A stretch of 64,000 nucleotides of DNA from Raja brachyura (taxonomy: Eukaryota). Where the stretch lies: assembly GCA_963514005.1 (NCBI GenBank), contig OY740782.1, positions 76,198,001-76,262,000 of the forward strand. Reading direction: 5' to 3'. Shown in pieces: positions 14,570 to 26,910 of this stretch; position 1 is the first letter of the stretch; each line of letters opens with the position of its first letter. The translations under genes and the position numbers were made by a program. The notes under the pieces are model-generated. The model was not told where the DNA came from and did not search any database. It saw nothing but the letters and a program-made list of their open reading frames with translations.

Positions 14570-16084
14570 AAATATATGCAGCCTTCAAAAGAGTTACCTT
14601 TGATGTTTCACTTCTGAGATGTCTGCTGCTGGCAAATGTACGCATAATTCCATGTTACATTGTACCTCCTATCTCATACTTTACAAAGGAATGTTAGCAA
14701 ATGTAAAAATGAGTACTTTAAATAGAAAGGTAAGCTCAGTGCTCAGAAACAGGAAATTCCAAATATATATTTTTTTAATTGTCTGCGAACTGGACTAATA
14801 GATATGCTTGATTTTCCTCCGTTAAAATAGTGGTTGCAGCTTGTTTTATCCCACTGATTCTTTTACGTGGAAATGACACAGACAACTTGTGACATCTGAA
14901 GGGTTGTACTGTTGAGTGCACTAAGTAGCTCTGTAGATGGGTGTGCAGGCTGTTAAGATATTACAATGCACTGACTGCAGCTCCAGACAATTTTAGACTA
15001 CTCCCCATATATTTATTTTAATTGAGCAAAAAGATTAGCTGATGTGCACAAATAAAATCTGAAAAAAGAATTCCTCTAATTCCTACAGGTATGCCCTGCA
15101 GTAGCCGTAGTTTCCTCAGTCCTGTTTTCAGCTTTTCAATATTAATATAAAGCTATGAGCTACGTTTATCTAATCTCGCTGTTAAGACATCTCAACAACA
15201 CATCTATCTGTAATGTCTGCCTAAACACCAATTAGTGAGTTTTATGATCTTTCCCCCAATTCAAATTGCTTGAAATATTTTCACAGTATCTGTCATTTGA
15301 TCATCTGGCTGTGATGAAAATGCATGCAAACACAGAGAGCAGCACAGAGGTTCTGTCAATCAGAGCTCAAGGCGCATGTACTCAAAGACACTTTTCATCC
15401 CAGCTGTTTTATTCCACATTAAAGGGACTGTCGATCTCCATCTAGGGAATGGCTTTTAGATGATGTGTCATACTTTTTGCGATCCAGTCACATTCTGTCA
15501 TCTAGTTATTTGTTTTCTTCTCCTTGGTGTTGGCACTGATGAGACAGAATCTCAGCCTTTTTATGAAATGATACCTTTAATGTCACATCTGATTTTTAAC
15601 CTGCATCAGTTTGGAATATGAGGTTTCTTAATATATACAGCCAAACTGACATGGATCAATTATTTGGAATAAATCAACATAAGAGGCTTGAATATTTGTT
15701 ATGCTACTTCCCCAACGCATAATTTCAGTCACTTTTACCCTGCATGTCTGACTCTTCAGGAGATCCACAAGTCTTGACAGCACTGCTGTCTGATCATGCA
15801 CAAAGCAAGAAGCTGGGCATCAACAGAATGTCTGGCCATAGGGGACATTTGTGCACGTTTGATTCATCTTTCTGCTGACAATTGCATACAAGTCCTTTTC
15901 AGCAGGCGTCTCTCGAGTGGTTGGAATGGGAAGTGATTTGCTGCTCTCTTGCTCAGGGTGTAGTGGTCAAATTCACCGTGCACTCAGAGAGCCATCACTC
16001 AGGAGCTTTTTGGGGTGTTTTGTCTGTCCTATTAATCTATTAAAGGTGGATGAAAATGGAAGGGCCTCAATCCAAAGCATTGAC

Positions 16085-16180
16085 CACAGCCAGATGAAGG
16101 GCCTTGACGTGAAATGTTGACTGGCCATTTCCTTCTACAGATGCTGCCTAGCCTGCTGAATTTACCCAGCATTTTGTTTG
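16085..16180 (+). mobile_element. Degraded PLE-derived hammerhead-type repeat
   Basis: CAGATGAAGGGCCTTGACGTGAAATGTTGACTG...GATGCTGCCTAGCCTGCTGAATTTACCCAGCATTTTG resembles the other copies. Confidence 0.65.
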
Positions 16181-16414
16181 CAATATATTAAGGATTTTCA
16201 GGCCTTCTGAATTAAAAAATGGGAACAAATTCTGTGGATGGACTGTTTTAACGAAGACTTTTGGAAGTAACCACCAGACAAAACCTGTCAAACCTCTCCT
16301 CCACCCAAGGGGGAAAAACACCAGAGCCTTCAGACTGTGGTTCTTTGCACCACGAAAGTGGAAAATCAATGGGGTGGAATTGAAAGCACACTCGGAGACG
16401 CCACACAATTTACC

Positions 16415-17156
16415 CACCAGGGGCGCCACACGATTTGCAGCCCCGCTAGCTGTTTTTTTGTATTTTTTTAATTTTTAGTGGCTGTTAAAACTTTGTGTAA
16501 ATGTTCTCCGGATGTGGCGGGAGGGGGAGAGGGTCCGGGGAAACTTTTTTTTCAGTTTCTTATCTTGCAGGAGATGCGATTGTTTTACCAGATCGCATCT
16601 TGGTCACTCTGTGGCCTACCATTGATGGAGCTGGAGGCCTCCTCGGACTGACTGTGAGCTCCACTGTGGGGCGTGGACTTAACATCGGAGACGATCCCTT
16701 GACTGGGATCACTCCAACCTCGGCTGTGGACTTTACCATCGAGTGCTCGCAGTCTCTGGAGAGGTCGAGTCGGGAAGCTCCAACGACACAGAGGCTCGAC
16801 CAGGCCCGATGTGGGGTCCGATTGCCGACGCGGGGAAGCTGACTTCCCCCAAATGCCGCCGGCTACAGAGGCAAGATCGTCCCGTCAATGGAGGGCTCAA
16901 GGCTACCGACCGCAGGGGAACAAAGAAGGGAAGAGATTTGAACTTTTCTCGTCTTCCATCCCAGTGAGGAATGTGGAGGAGTCACTGTGGTGCATGTTTA
17001 TGTTAAAATGTATTTTGTGTGTTCAGTTGCTTTTTATTTGTATGACTGACTTGGCAAATGTAATTCCTTGTATGTTGCAAAACATACTTGGCTAATCAAA
17101 TAGTATTGTGATGGATTGTGATTGTGTGATTTTGATTGTGATTGTGTGATTTTGAT
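16415..17156 (+). mobile_element. GC-rich non-coding retroelement (SINE-like) with Rex-type 3' tail
   Basis: Head and 3' body are homologous to 35673-36532 (minus). The end AATTCCTTGTATGT...ATACTTGGCTAAT resembles the Rex LINE end at ~14530-14560. (TTGTGA)n-like tail. Confidence 0.75.
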
Positions 17157-17839
17157 CACAACATCATGACAAGGAGTTAAAGCTCACACAGTTCAGCAAT
17201 GCTGCTCTATTTCTAGGGAAAGGTCACTTCAGGGCTAAGACTGCAATATTAGTGATCATCTCTGTGGCATCTCACGTGGGTCATGACCAAGTATCTGTGA
17301 AGTGATGTGAAGTAGGGAATTAATCAGATATGATTACAGCAAAAGTTAAATGAAAAATGTCAAACTACATATTCTGACCAGGTTTTTAAAATTCCAGTTG
17401 TAATTCTCATGCTGATATTTATAACAGAAACTAACTATGTGTGCCTGTCATATGATAATTATACTCCACCACCATCATGCCAGTGCAAGCTCCTTAATAG
17501 GATGGATCATGCATGACATGGATTCACTTGACAGTTTCCATAAGAAACGCAGAAGGTGAATTTCCAATGCAAATGTTGAACATAAGAATGAAATAGGACT
17601 TAGGAGCAGAGGAAATGCAAGTAGATGCATGATTTTTCAATAACTGTAGGTATATGGTTATTTATTTTATTTATCTTTTTGATGAGATGTTTAACTGCAA
17701 TGCTATTTGACCTGTCAACACATGTTAAACTCCATAAGGAGAATGTAAGAAGAGTATGCATGTTGCCCTCTCGGGAAACAGGACCAAAAAGCAGATTAAC
17801 TCCTCTGTTACTGTTTGAGGAAGAATCCGCTGCCACATT

Positions 17840-18205
17840 TGTCTCTAGAACGGCAAAGGTTCAGCGGAGACATGATATAAGTTTATAAAATTATGTGAGA
17901 CATAGTTAGCATAGACAATCAGAACCTTTCTTCCATAATGGAAATGTGAAAGACCAAAATGTGCAGCTTCAATGTGAGAAGGGATAGGTTTAAAGGAGAT
18001 GTGCGAGGGAGTTCTTTACATGTAGGGTAATGTCTGAATGTCTGGAACGTGCTGCCAGGGTGGTGATGGAGGCAGATATGAGTGGATTTAAGCACATGGG
18101 CATGCAGGGAATGGAGGGATTTGGATCATGTGTAGCAGATGAGATTAGTTTATCTAGGCATCATGCTTGGCCAAAGAACCTGTTCCTGTACAGTACTGTT
18201 CAATG
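17840..18205 (+). mobile_element. Old degraded CR1 3' fragment
   Basis: CTAGAACGGCAAAGGTTCAGCGGAGACATGATATAAGTTTATAAAATTATG resembles LE.RRLRGD.IEVYKIM, followed by CR1-like 3' UTR remnants. Confidence 0.7.
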
Positions 18206-19672
18206 TAACTATAGCAATTAGACTTCAAAACTAATTATTCGTACTTTGGGATAAAGGAAAGTTCATAATTGGAAATGTATGCTTTTTAGTCTTTATGGCG
18301 CTCATTTGCTCTCTTTCTACTTGAAATTGTGCACTCATTATTGGAACACCTTCTTGGGACCATTTGCCTTTTATTTCATTATTTAAATGGCCATCATTCA
18401 CTCTTGAATATAGGCAGTTAATGTTGACAGGTTGGTTTATTACTTGAGCATATCAGAGCCAATACTGATGAAGGCTTCAACACATACCTATGCAGGTGCA
18501 ATTCGTTACAGAAGTCAATAAACTCCAACTAATTTCCCTTTCCCAGCTCAGGGATGCTAAAGCTAATTTTGTCTTATTTGCAGCACATGGCATGGGATCA
18601 GTTGACCGCCATTCAAGTTGGAATACTTCAGGCAAAGTCTCAGGCGAACAGGATAAAGCTTAATCTAAACGTGATGCTCTGTGATTCTCCCAGAATAGCA
18701 TGAAAGACTGAAGCCAGAAATACAATCACATTAACTGAAAATATGACTACAAAGTGATCAATCTTTATTCACCAAATACTTGGTATTATTTTCACCACTT
18801 CAATATTTTTATGAATGTGATGTTTCCTCTCTACTTATTGGGCTAAAAGATTATCCTCTGAATATGGTAGGGGAGAAACATTGAAGTAGCTAGCCTAATC
18901 TTCAGGACTTTCGCTCAGCTGACTTACCCAAAACTAGTGGAATTATTTTCTGACTTGATGTTCTTGGCAGGAAACATGCCCAGAAAGAGCACATACTGCA
19001 AATCTGGGCATGGTCTGAACATTATGCAACACTGAGTCGAAATATTAGCATCGTCTGCACTTCCTAACTGAAATTCCAGCCAATCTCTTTTATAAACATT
19101 TTCTGCATCAGTGCGAGAGCTGGTAATTGTTCTGCAATTCCATTATCCTGTTGCTGTACATCATGAACCTGCATTCAAGTCAAACTCATGGATGACTTTC
19201 AAATCCCACTTCATGGTTAGGGTAAAAAGACCCTAATAGGAGCTATCTACCGGCCCCCAAAAATTGCCTGGATATAGGGTGCAAGGTGAATCAACAGTTA
19301 AAATTGGCATGTCGCAAAGGTAATGCTATGGTTATTATGGGAGATTTCAACATGCAGGTAGACTGGGAAAATCAAGTTGGTGCTGGGCCCCAAGAAAGGG
19401 AGCTTGTGGAGTGCCTCTGTGATGGATTCTTAATGCAGCTTAATGGAGCCTACCAGGGAGAAGGCAATTCTGGATTTAGTGTTGTGTAATGAATCGGATT
19501 TGATAAGGGAACTCAAGGTAAAGGAAACATTAGGTGGTAGTGACCATAATATGATAAGTTTTAAGCTACAATTTAAGAGAGAGAAGGGAAAATCGGAAGT
19601 GTCAGTATTACAGTTGAACAAAGGGGACTATGGAGCCATGAGGGAGGAGCTGGCCAAAATTGACTGGAAAGG

Positions 19673-20242
19673 TAGACAATAGACAATGGGTGCAGGAGTA
19701 GGCCATTCGGCCCTTTGAGCCAGCACTACCATTCAATATGATCATGGCTGATTATCTACAATCAGTACCCCATTCCTGACTTCTCCCCATATCCGCTGAC
19801 TCCACTATCTTTAAGAGCCCTATCTAGCTCTCTCTTGAAAGTATCCAGAGAATCGGCCTCCACCACCCTCTGAGGCAGAGAATTCCACAGACTCACAACT
19901 GTTTGAAAAAGTGTTTCCTCACCTCCATTCTAAATGGCTTACCCATTATTCTTAAACCGTGGCCCCTGCCCCAACATCGGGAAAATGTTTCCTGCCTCTA
20001 GTATGTCCAAACCTGTAATAATCTTATATGCTTCAATAAGATCTCCACTCACCCTTCTAAATTGCAGAGTGCAGAAGCCCAGCTGCTCCATTCTCTCAGC
20101 ATATGACAGTCCCGCCATCCCGGGAATTAACCTTGTGAACCTACGCTGCACTCCCTCAATAGCAAGAATGTACTTTCTCAAATTTGGAGACCAAAACTGC
20201 ACACAATACACCAGGTGTGGTCTCACTAGGGCCCTGTACAAC
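19673..20242 (-). mobile_element. CR1 3' fragment inserted antisense into the CR1 above
   Basis: Minus ORF YRALVRPHLVYCVQFWSP. The tail reads TAGACAATAGACAAT on the plus strand at 19673. Confidence 0.92.
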
Positions 20243-21897
20243 TAGCAGGGATGACAGGGGAACAACAATGGCAGGTATTTCTCGAAATAATACAGAAGTT
20301 GCAGGATCAGTTCATTCCAAAGAGGAAGAAAGATTCCAAGGGGAGTAAGGGGCGGCCGTGGCTGACAAATGAAGTCAAGGACATTATAAACATAAAAGAG
20401 AAGTATAACATAACAAAGATGAGCGGGAAGCCAGAGGATTGGGAAACTTTTAAAGAACAACAGAAGATAACTAAAGACAATATGGGGAGAAAAGATGAGG
20501 TACGGAGGTAAGCTAGCCAAGAATATAAAAGAGGATAGTAAAAGCTTCTTTAGGTTTGTGAAGAGGAAAAAATTAGTTAAGACCAAAGTTGGACCCTTGA
20601 AAACTGAAACAGGTGAATTTATTATGGGGAACAAGGAAATGGCAGACAAGTTGAACACGTACTTTGGATCCATCTACACTAAGGAAGACACAAACAATCT
20701 CCCTGATGTACTAGTGGCCAGAGGATCATGGGTGATGGAAAAACTGAAGGAAATTCACATTAGGCAGGAAATGGTGTTGGGTAGACTGATGGGACTGAAG
20801 GCTGATAAATCCCCATAGCTTGATGGTCTGCATCCCAGGGTACTTAGGAAAGTGGCTCTAGAAATCGTGGATGCATTGGTGATCATTTTCCAATGTTCTA
20901 TAGATTCAGGATCAGTTCCGGTAGATTGGAGAGTAGCTAATGCTATCCTGCTTTTTAAGAAAGGAGGGATAGAGAAAACAGGGAATTATATATCATTAGC
21001 CTAACATCGGTGGTGGGAAGATGCTAGAGTCAATTCTAAAAGATGAAATAACGGCTCATTTGGATAGCAGTAACAGGATTGGTCCGAGTGGATTTACGAA
21101 GGGGAAATCATGCTTGACTAATCCTCTGGACAAGAAACAAAGAGTAGGGATTAATGGATCCCTTTCAGAATGGCAGGCAGTGACTAGTGGCGTACCGTAA
21201 GGTTCGGTGCTGGGACCAAAGCTGTTTACAATCTACATCAATGATTTAGATGAAGGGATTCAAAGTAACATCAGCAAATTTGCAGATGACACAAAGCTGG
21301 GTGGCTGTCTGAACTGTGAGGTAGATGATATGAGGATGCAGGGTGACTTGGATAGATTGGGTGAGTGGGCAGATGCATGGAAGATGCAGTTTAATATGGA
21401 TAAATGTGAGGTTATCCACTTTGGTGGCAAAAACAGAAAGGGAAATTATTATCTGAAGTTGGGAAAAGGGGAAGTACAAAGAGATTTGGGGGTCCTGGTT
21501 CATCAGTTACTGAAAGTAACCATGCTCTTTACAGCAGGCAGTGAAGAAAGCTAATGGCATGTTGGCCTTTATAACATGAGGAGTGTAGGAGCAAAGAGGT
21601 CCTTCTGCAGTTGTACAGGGCCCTAGTGAGACCCCACCTGGAGTACTGTGTGCTGTTTTGGTCTCCAAATTTGCGGATTTTTGCTATTGAGGGAGTGCAG
21701 GGTAGGTTCATTAGGTTAATTCCCGGGATGGCAGGACTGTCATATTCTGATAGAATGGAGTGGCAGGGCTTGTATACTCGGGAAATTAGAAGGATGAGAG
21801 AGGATCTTATTGAAACATATAAGATTATTAAGGGTTACACAAAAAGCTGGAGAAACTCAGCGGGTGGAGCAGCATCTAAGGAGCGAAGGAGATAGGC

Positions 21898-21925
21898 GAC
21901 GTTTCGGGTCGAGACCCTTCTTCAG
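21898..21925 (-). ncRNA. Minimal type I hammerhead-ribozyme-like core in the PLE 3' end
   Basis: Minus strand CUGAAGA-A-GGGU(CUCG)ACCC-GAAAC-GUC: conserved core boxes, stem II, and palindromic ACGU in place of stem III. Stem I pairing is weak and activity is unproven. Confidence 0.7.
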
Positions 21926-22159
21926 ACTGGTCAGGGATCAGGGAAACGAGAGATATAGACGGTGATGTGGAGAGATAAAGAACAATGAATGAAAGATATG
22001 CAAAAAAGTATCGATAATAAAGGAAACAGGCCATTGTAAGCTGTTTGAAGTGTGAAAATGAGAAGCTAGTGCGACGTGGGTGGGGGAGAGATAGAGAGAG
22101 AAGGAATGCCAGGGCCCGAGGGCTGAGGGGCAGGTGGGAAGGGGAGGAGGCAGCCTGGG

Positions 22160-22702
22160 TTAACAGAATTGAGAAAATTCAATGTTTAAGCCCAGAGGAT
22201 GCAGACTCCCCAAGCGGAATATGAGGTGCTGTTCCTCCAACTTGCGGTGTTGTTCACTCTGGCCGTGGAGCAGGCCCAGGACCGAGAGGTCGGATACGGA
22301 ATGGGAGGGGGAGTTGAAGTGCTGAGCCACCGGGAGGTCGGGTTGGTTATTGCGGACCGAGCGGAGGTGTTCGGCGAAACGATCGCCCAGCCTCCGTTTG
22401 GTCTCACCGATGTAGATCAGCTGGCATCTGGAGCAACGGATGCAGTAGATGAGGTTGGAGGAGGTGCAGGTGAACCTCTGTCGGACTTGGAAGGACTGCT
22501 TGGGTCCCTGAAAGGAGTGGATGGGGGAGGTGAAGGGACAAGTGTAGCATCTCTTGCGATTGCAAGGGAAAGTGCCCGGGGAAGGGGTGGAGCGGGAGGG
22601 AAGGGAAGAATTGACAAGGTAGTTGCGGAGGGAGCGGTCTTTGCGGAAGGCAGACAGGGGGGGAGATGGGAAGATGTGGAGAGTGGAGGGGTCACGTTGA
22701 AG
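22160..22702 (-). CDS. PLE ORF C-terminus: Cys-rich linker + GIY-YIG endonuclease (180 codons, no start codon, absent from ORF track)
   Basis: Manual translation: LQRDPST...PGTFPCNRKRCYTCPF...FTCTSSNLIYCIRCSRCQLIYIGETKRRLGDRFAEHLRSVRNNQPDLPVAQHFN...RKLEEQHLIFRLGSLHPLGLNIEFSQFC*. Confidence 0.92.
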   Translation of the reverse strand, partial: LQRDPSTLHIFPSPPLSAFRKDRSLRNYLVNSSLPSRSTPSPGTFPCNRKRCYTCPFTSPIHSFQGPKQSFQVRQRFTCTSSNLIYCIRCSRCQLIYIGETKRRLGDRFAEHLRSVRNNQPDLPVAQHFNSPSHSVSDLSVLGLLHGQSEQHRKLEEQHLIFRLGSLHPLGLNIEFSQFC

Positions 22703-23779
22703 ATTATTAAGGGATTGGACATGCTAGAGGCAAGAAACATGTTCCTGATGTTCGTGATGTTGGGGGATTCCAGAACCTGGGGCCACAGTTTAAGAATGAG
22801 GGGTAAGCCATTTAGAGTGGAGGTGAGGTAAAACATTTTCACGCAGAGAGTTAGGAATCTGTGGAATTCTCTGCCTCAGAAGGCAGTGGAGGCCAATTCT
22901 CTGGATGCTTTCAAGAGAGAGCTAGAGCTAGATAGAATTCTTAAAGATAGCGGAGTCAGGGAATATGGTGAGAAGGCAGGAACGGGGTACTGAATGTGGA
23001 TGATCAGCCATGACCACAGTGAGTGGAAGTGCAGGCTCGAAGGGCTGAATGGCCTCATCCTGCATCTATTGTCTATTGTCTATTCATCCTATTGTTACGT
23101 GTTTCCTAACTATCTTTACAAGTTAAAACCATTGTAGTACCCCCTGTGGATAGTTATGTATATTTCTACACCTGCACTGCTATAAAGGAAGCCAGTGGTG
23201 TTGTGATGCTCCAAGCGTGGCTTTGCCAAGGTTTCAACCACACCTTCAGGCTTGCATCAAAAGCTCTGGCCACATCAACCAACATTTTCATCGCTTTTCT
23301 TAGCAGGTTACAAATGTTATGAGTTTAAGTAATCCATCCACTAAAACTGCACATCCAAATTCATGACCTTGTAATTTTCAGCATTGAGCTGCATCTGCCA
23401 GTAAACTGCCCACTTGCCAGCTTGTGCTAAATCTCTTTGGTTTGATCCATATCAGCAAACATCAACGAACAGTATTTTACACATGAGCAAAAATGTTTCC
23501 CAGCACTGCTGTAGATATGAGAAACACTGTCAGATGCAGTGGATACCTCCTCCCCATCTTCTTCTTCACCTCACCTGGGACCAATGTAACCCTTGGCTGT
23601 TGAACGATATTTGATTTTCCATAACTTTCTGCTGAAGCTGAACAGGTGGCTCATGGAATCCCATTTGTGTGCTTTATATCCATCCTTCAGCACAGGAAAC
23701 TAGCGGTAATGGATATCTGCTGCCTTGTCGATCATTTCACCTATTACAGGCATCAATCAGCACAAATTGAACCATATAA

Positions 23780-24380
23780 CAATTACAGCACGGAAACAGG
23801 CCATCTCGGCCCTTCAAGTCCATGCCGAACAACTTTTTTCCCTTAGTCCCACCTGCCTGCACTCATACCATAACCCTCCATACCCTTCTCATCCATATGC
23901 CTATCCAATTTATTTTTAAATGATACCAACGAACCTGCCGCCACCACTTCCACTGGAAGCTCATTCCACACCGCTACCACTCTCTGAGTAAAGAAGTTCC
24001 CCCTCATGTTACCCCTAAACCTCTGTCCCTTAATTCTAAAGTCATGTCCTCTTGTTTGAATCTTCCCTATTCTCATAGGGAAAAGCTTGTCCACATCAAC
24101 TCTGTCTATCCCTCTCATTATTTTAAAGACCTCTATCAAGTCCCCCCTTAACCTTCTGCGCTCCAGAGAATAAAGACCTAGCTTATTCAACCTATCTCTG
24201 TAACTTAGCTGTTGAAACCCAGGCAACATTCTAGTAAATCTCCTCTGTACCCTCTCTATTTTGTTGACATCCTTCCTATAATTGGGCGACCAAAATTGTA
24301 CACCATACTCCAGATTTGGTCTCACCAATGCCTTGTACAATTTTAACATTACATCCCAGCTTCTATACTCAATGCTCTGA
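23780..24380 (-). mobile_element. CR1 3' fragment (different subfamily)
   Basis: Minus ORF 23843-24394: LYKALVRPNLEYGVQFWSP...RRLRGDLIEVFKIM...FFTQRVVAVWNELP. Confidence 0.93.
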
Positions 24381-24589
24381 ATATGCTGTATCAAACAATG
24401 CAGTTTGAACTGAGGATTGTTAAAGGGAAGTGCATGATCTCAGCCTTGTCTCTGGTAGAGGATACCAGGGCAAATGGGTAAACCTGAAAAACACCAACTA
24501 TTCAATGAGCAGTTAATCTTGACCAATCAAGCAGACCTTTTGGAAATGTTCTCTCAGTAAAGGTAGAGAGCAAATGTGGGTTTGAAGTA

Positions 24590-24815
24590 AGAACCGATGT
24601 GCTGGAAACACTCAGCAGGCCAGGCAGCATCAATGGAAGGAGATGCAGAGTTAATGATTCAGGTGGAAGGTCCTTCATCAAAACTAGTAAAGGATCTTCC
24701 ACCTGAACATCTGTTCGTGCAGACTGAGCATCAGTTCTGGTGAATGGTCTTTGACCTAAAGCATTCATTCTCTTTCATGGATGCTGCTTAACATGGTGAG
24801 TATCTGCAGGTATTT
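24590..24815. mobile_element. Old inverted pair of PLE-derived hammerhead-type repeats
   Basis: GCTGGAAACACTCAGCAGGCCAGGCAGCATC...CCTTCATCA (minus), then CTGGTGAATGGTCTTTGACCTAAAGC...GATGCTGC (plus). Confidence 0.65.
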
Positions 24816-26824
24816 GATTTTCAATTAATAGAACTTATTAATGCTTGCTCATCCAGTCTTTGAGTATGCAGTAAATGGAAACATTTGATTGCTTCAATGT
24901 GAGTGTCTAACTAATAGGTTTAAAATGAAATTCGACTTCACAAAGCTCATGTGTTTTTATGTACAAATCACAGGGATACATAAATAATATTGTAATATAA
25001 TATTGTAATATAATATAAAGTACTGTAAACATTCTTGAGATTGGTAAAATAGTTCTTATCAGCATTTCTTCCAATTGATCTTACGCTTCTTCAATGACTG
25101 TTGTATAATAGAGCTTCCACCGGGACTAGAAAAATAGTTTGTTACCACATTTGTCACTGTACCACATGAGCATATGTTAAGGAGAACATTGTCACATTGC
25201 AAGAATCAGAGATACAAATATATTATGAGATCTTGCTGGTATAATTATAGCTCGGTAACCTGGCGAAAAGGCCATGGGACCACATTTACATTGAATACAT
25301 TTCTGCGAGAATACCACAAATTTGCACTTTGTTCACTTAAAGGATTCAGATAGGGTGGCCAGCATGCCATTTAGGATTTTCCACCGTTTAATTTTAACCT
25401 GCCTATCTGCTCTCCAAGGAGGTCATTCGTGACCTAAGCTCATATGGTGCGTGAATCACAATGTAAATTGAGTCCATAACTCAATAAAATGTCAAGATTT
25501 TATCGCTGACTCAAGTACAATATGCATTGGTTAAATATTGACAGGAAAATCTATCAACAGCTTCCTTATTCCTAACCATGCTATGTATTCAGCCTATTAT
25601 AAATACATTTATCACAACGTAATTCTACAAACATTAACTTCTTGTCAAAGATGCACCAACATTGCTTCCTCAAGCCCTTGCATGTTCAGCAACTTTATCT
25701 GTCCTTTCTGTTCCTTTCTCAGTCCTGCAAGGTGAGGGAGAAGGCATGATTTTGTGTTGCTGTCTGAAAGCCCATTCCCATCTCCATTTCATAGACCTGG
25801 GCACCTCCCATCAATAATTTAAGGCCTGTTAACAACACCACATTTTTTCAGTTATTCCTTGTTGAACTGTTTCAAACTGTGTGAATCCTCACATGGTTCA
25901 GGGCAACCTACCCTCTTGTCTAATTCCTCTGCAGATAACTCTGGCTTCGCATTTGACATTACCACCAACCTATTTAGTGCTTCAAACTCATGTCCTGTGA
26001 CCAGGATCCCAGGTAATCACTTCCACTACCCACGAGACCCAGTCTCAGATCCAACTTCTCTACTTCTTCCCAGTTGAATTTCTGATCCTTGATTCAACTG
26101 TATTAATGAATTTTCCTTCCACTACAGAGGAGTACCAAAGCACAAAGTTGAGCCCACTGCTGCCAGTGACACAAGTCACTTATCTCTTGTACATTGAGAC
26201 CATTCTTTGACTTGACATTCCTGCTAGAGAACCTGATCCTTGAAAGCACATTTGCTGCCAGCATGCAGCCCTTTACATTAATGTCTGTACAATATTTATT
26301 GCTAATAATATAAACCATTATAATCACAAATGAAAATTCTGGAACAAAATCACATCAAGTTCCATATAACACTCTGGATGTAGCAAATTGAACAATTTAC
26401 TTTATTTTACAATATTATGAAGCAAATGGACATTTAAAATGTTGCAGATTTCCATTGATACACAACAGTAAAAATAATTTTGAATCCTTAATGTTTTTCT
26501 TCGATCCTTTGACCTGCATATTCCAGCTTGATCATGTGAAATCTTATAATTGCATAGTTCCCTGGGTCCTTTCAGCAACCTGTGTGAGAATTTGCCCACT
26601 ATGGCATTTTGGAGGAGTTGTACACAAGAGGAAAATTAGAAGTATTCGATTCAATCAATCACTTTGTTCAGCTAATCCATCAGTGAGTTTGATCAAATGA
26701 CTTGCAAAGTTCATTTCACAGTAAGTCCCAAGGTTTTCAGGTATGTGAGAAAATGGAAGTAATTAGATTTGGATCCTTTTTTCTCAAATATAAGTTTAGA
26801 TCAGTTGAAGAAATGAAATTTTAG

Positions 26825-26910
26825 CTGAAGATAGACACAAAATGCTGGAGTAACTCAGCATCTCTTGATAGAAGCGATAGGTGACGTTTAGGGTGGAGTC
26901 CCTTCTTCAC
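26825..26910 (-). mobile_element. PLE-derived hammerhead-type short repeat
   Basis: GAAGATAGACACAAAATGCTGGAGTAACTCAGC...GTGACGTTTAGGGTGGAGTCCCTTCTTCA. Confidence 0.75.

Larger units (their letters stand above)
21832..22702 (-). mobile_element. Penelope-like retroelement (Neptune-type), 5'-truncated, young, inserted in CR1
   Basis: Open GIY-YIG frame, pyrimidine-rich 3' UTR and a hammerhead motif. Direct repeat AAGATTATTAAGGG at 21821-21834 and 22700-22713 (TSD with microhomology at both junctions). Confidence 0.93.
19200..23085 (+). mobile_element. CR1 LINE (ORF2 endonuclease to 3' tail), interrupted by two insertions and an internal deletion
   Basis: EN motifs (IYRPP, MGDFN, ILDLVL, GSDH) at 19240-19670; RT motifs (KFADD) at 20243-21831; 3' part at 22700-23085 with a CTATTGT tail. 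About 175 bp are missing near 21130 relative to the copy at 45737. Confidence 0.92.

Noticed and set aside
16413-16428. CTCF-like motif CCACCAGGGGCGCC at the head of the GC-rich element
   Set aside because: It is one G short of the CTCF core spacing, and the sister copy (CACTAGGGACGCC) fits worse. Not called a site.
22199-22831. 210-aa plus-strand ORF
   Set aside because: It is the antisense shadow of the PLE GIY-YIG frame running into CR1 sequence.
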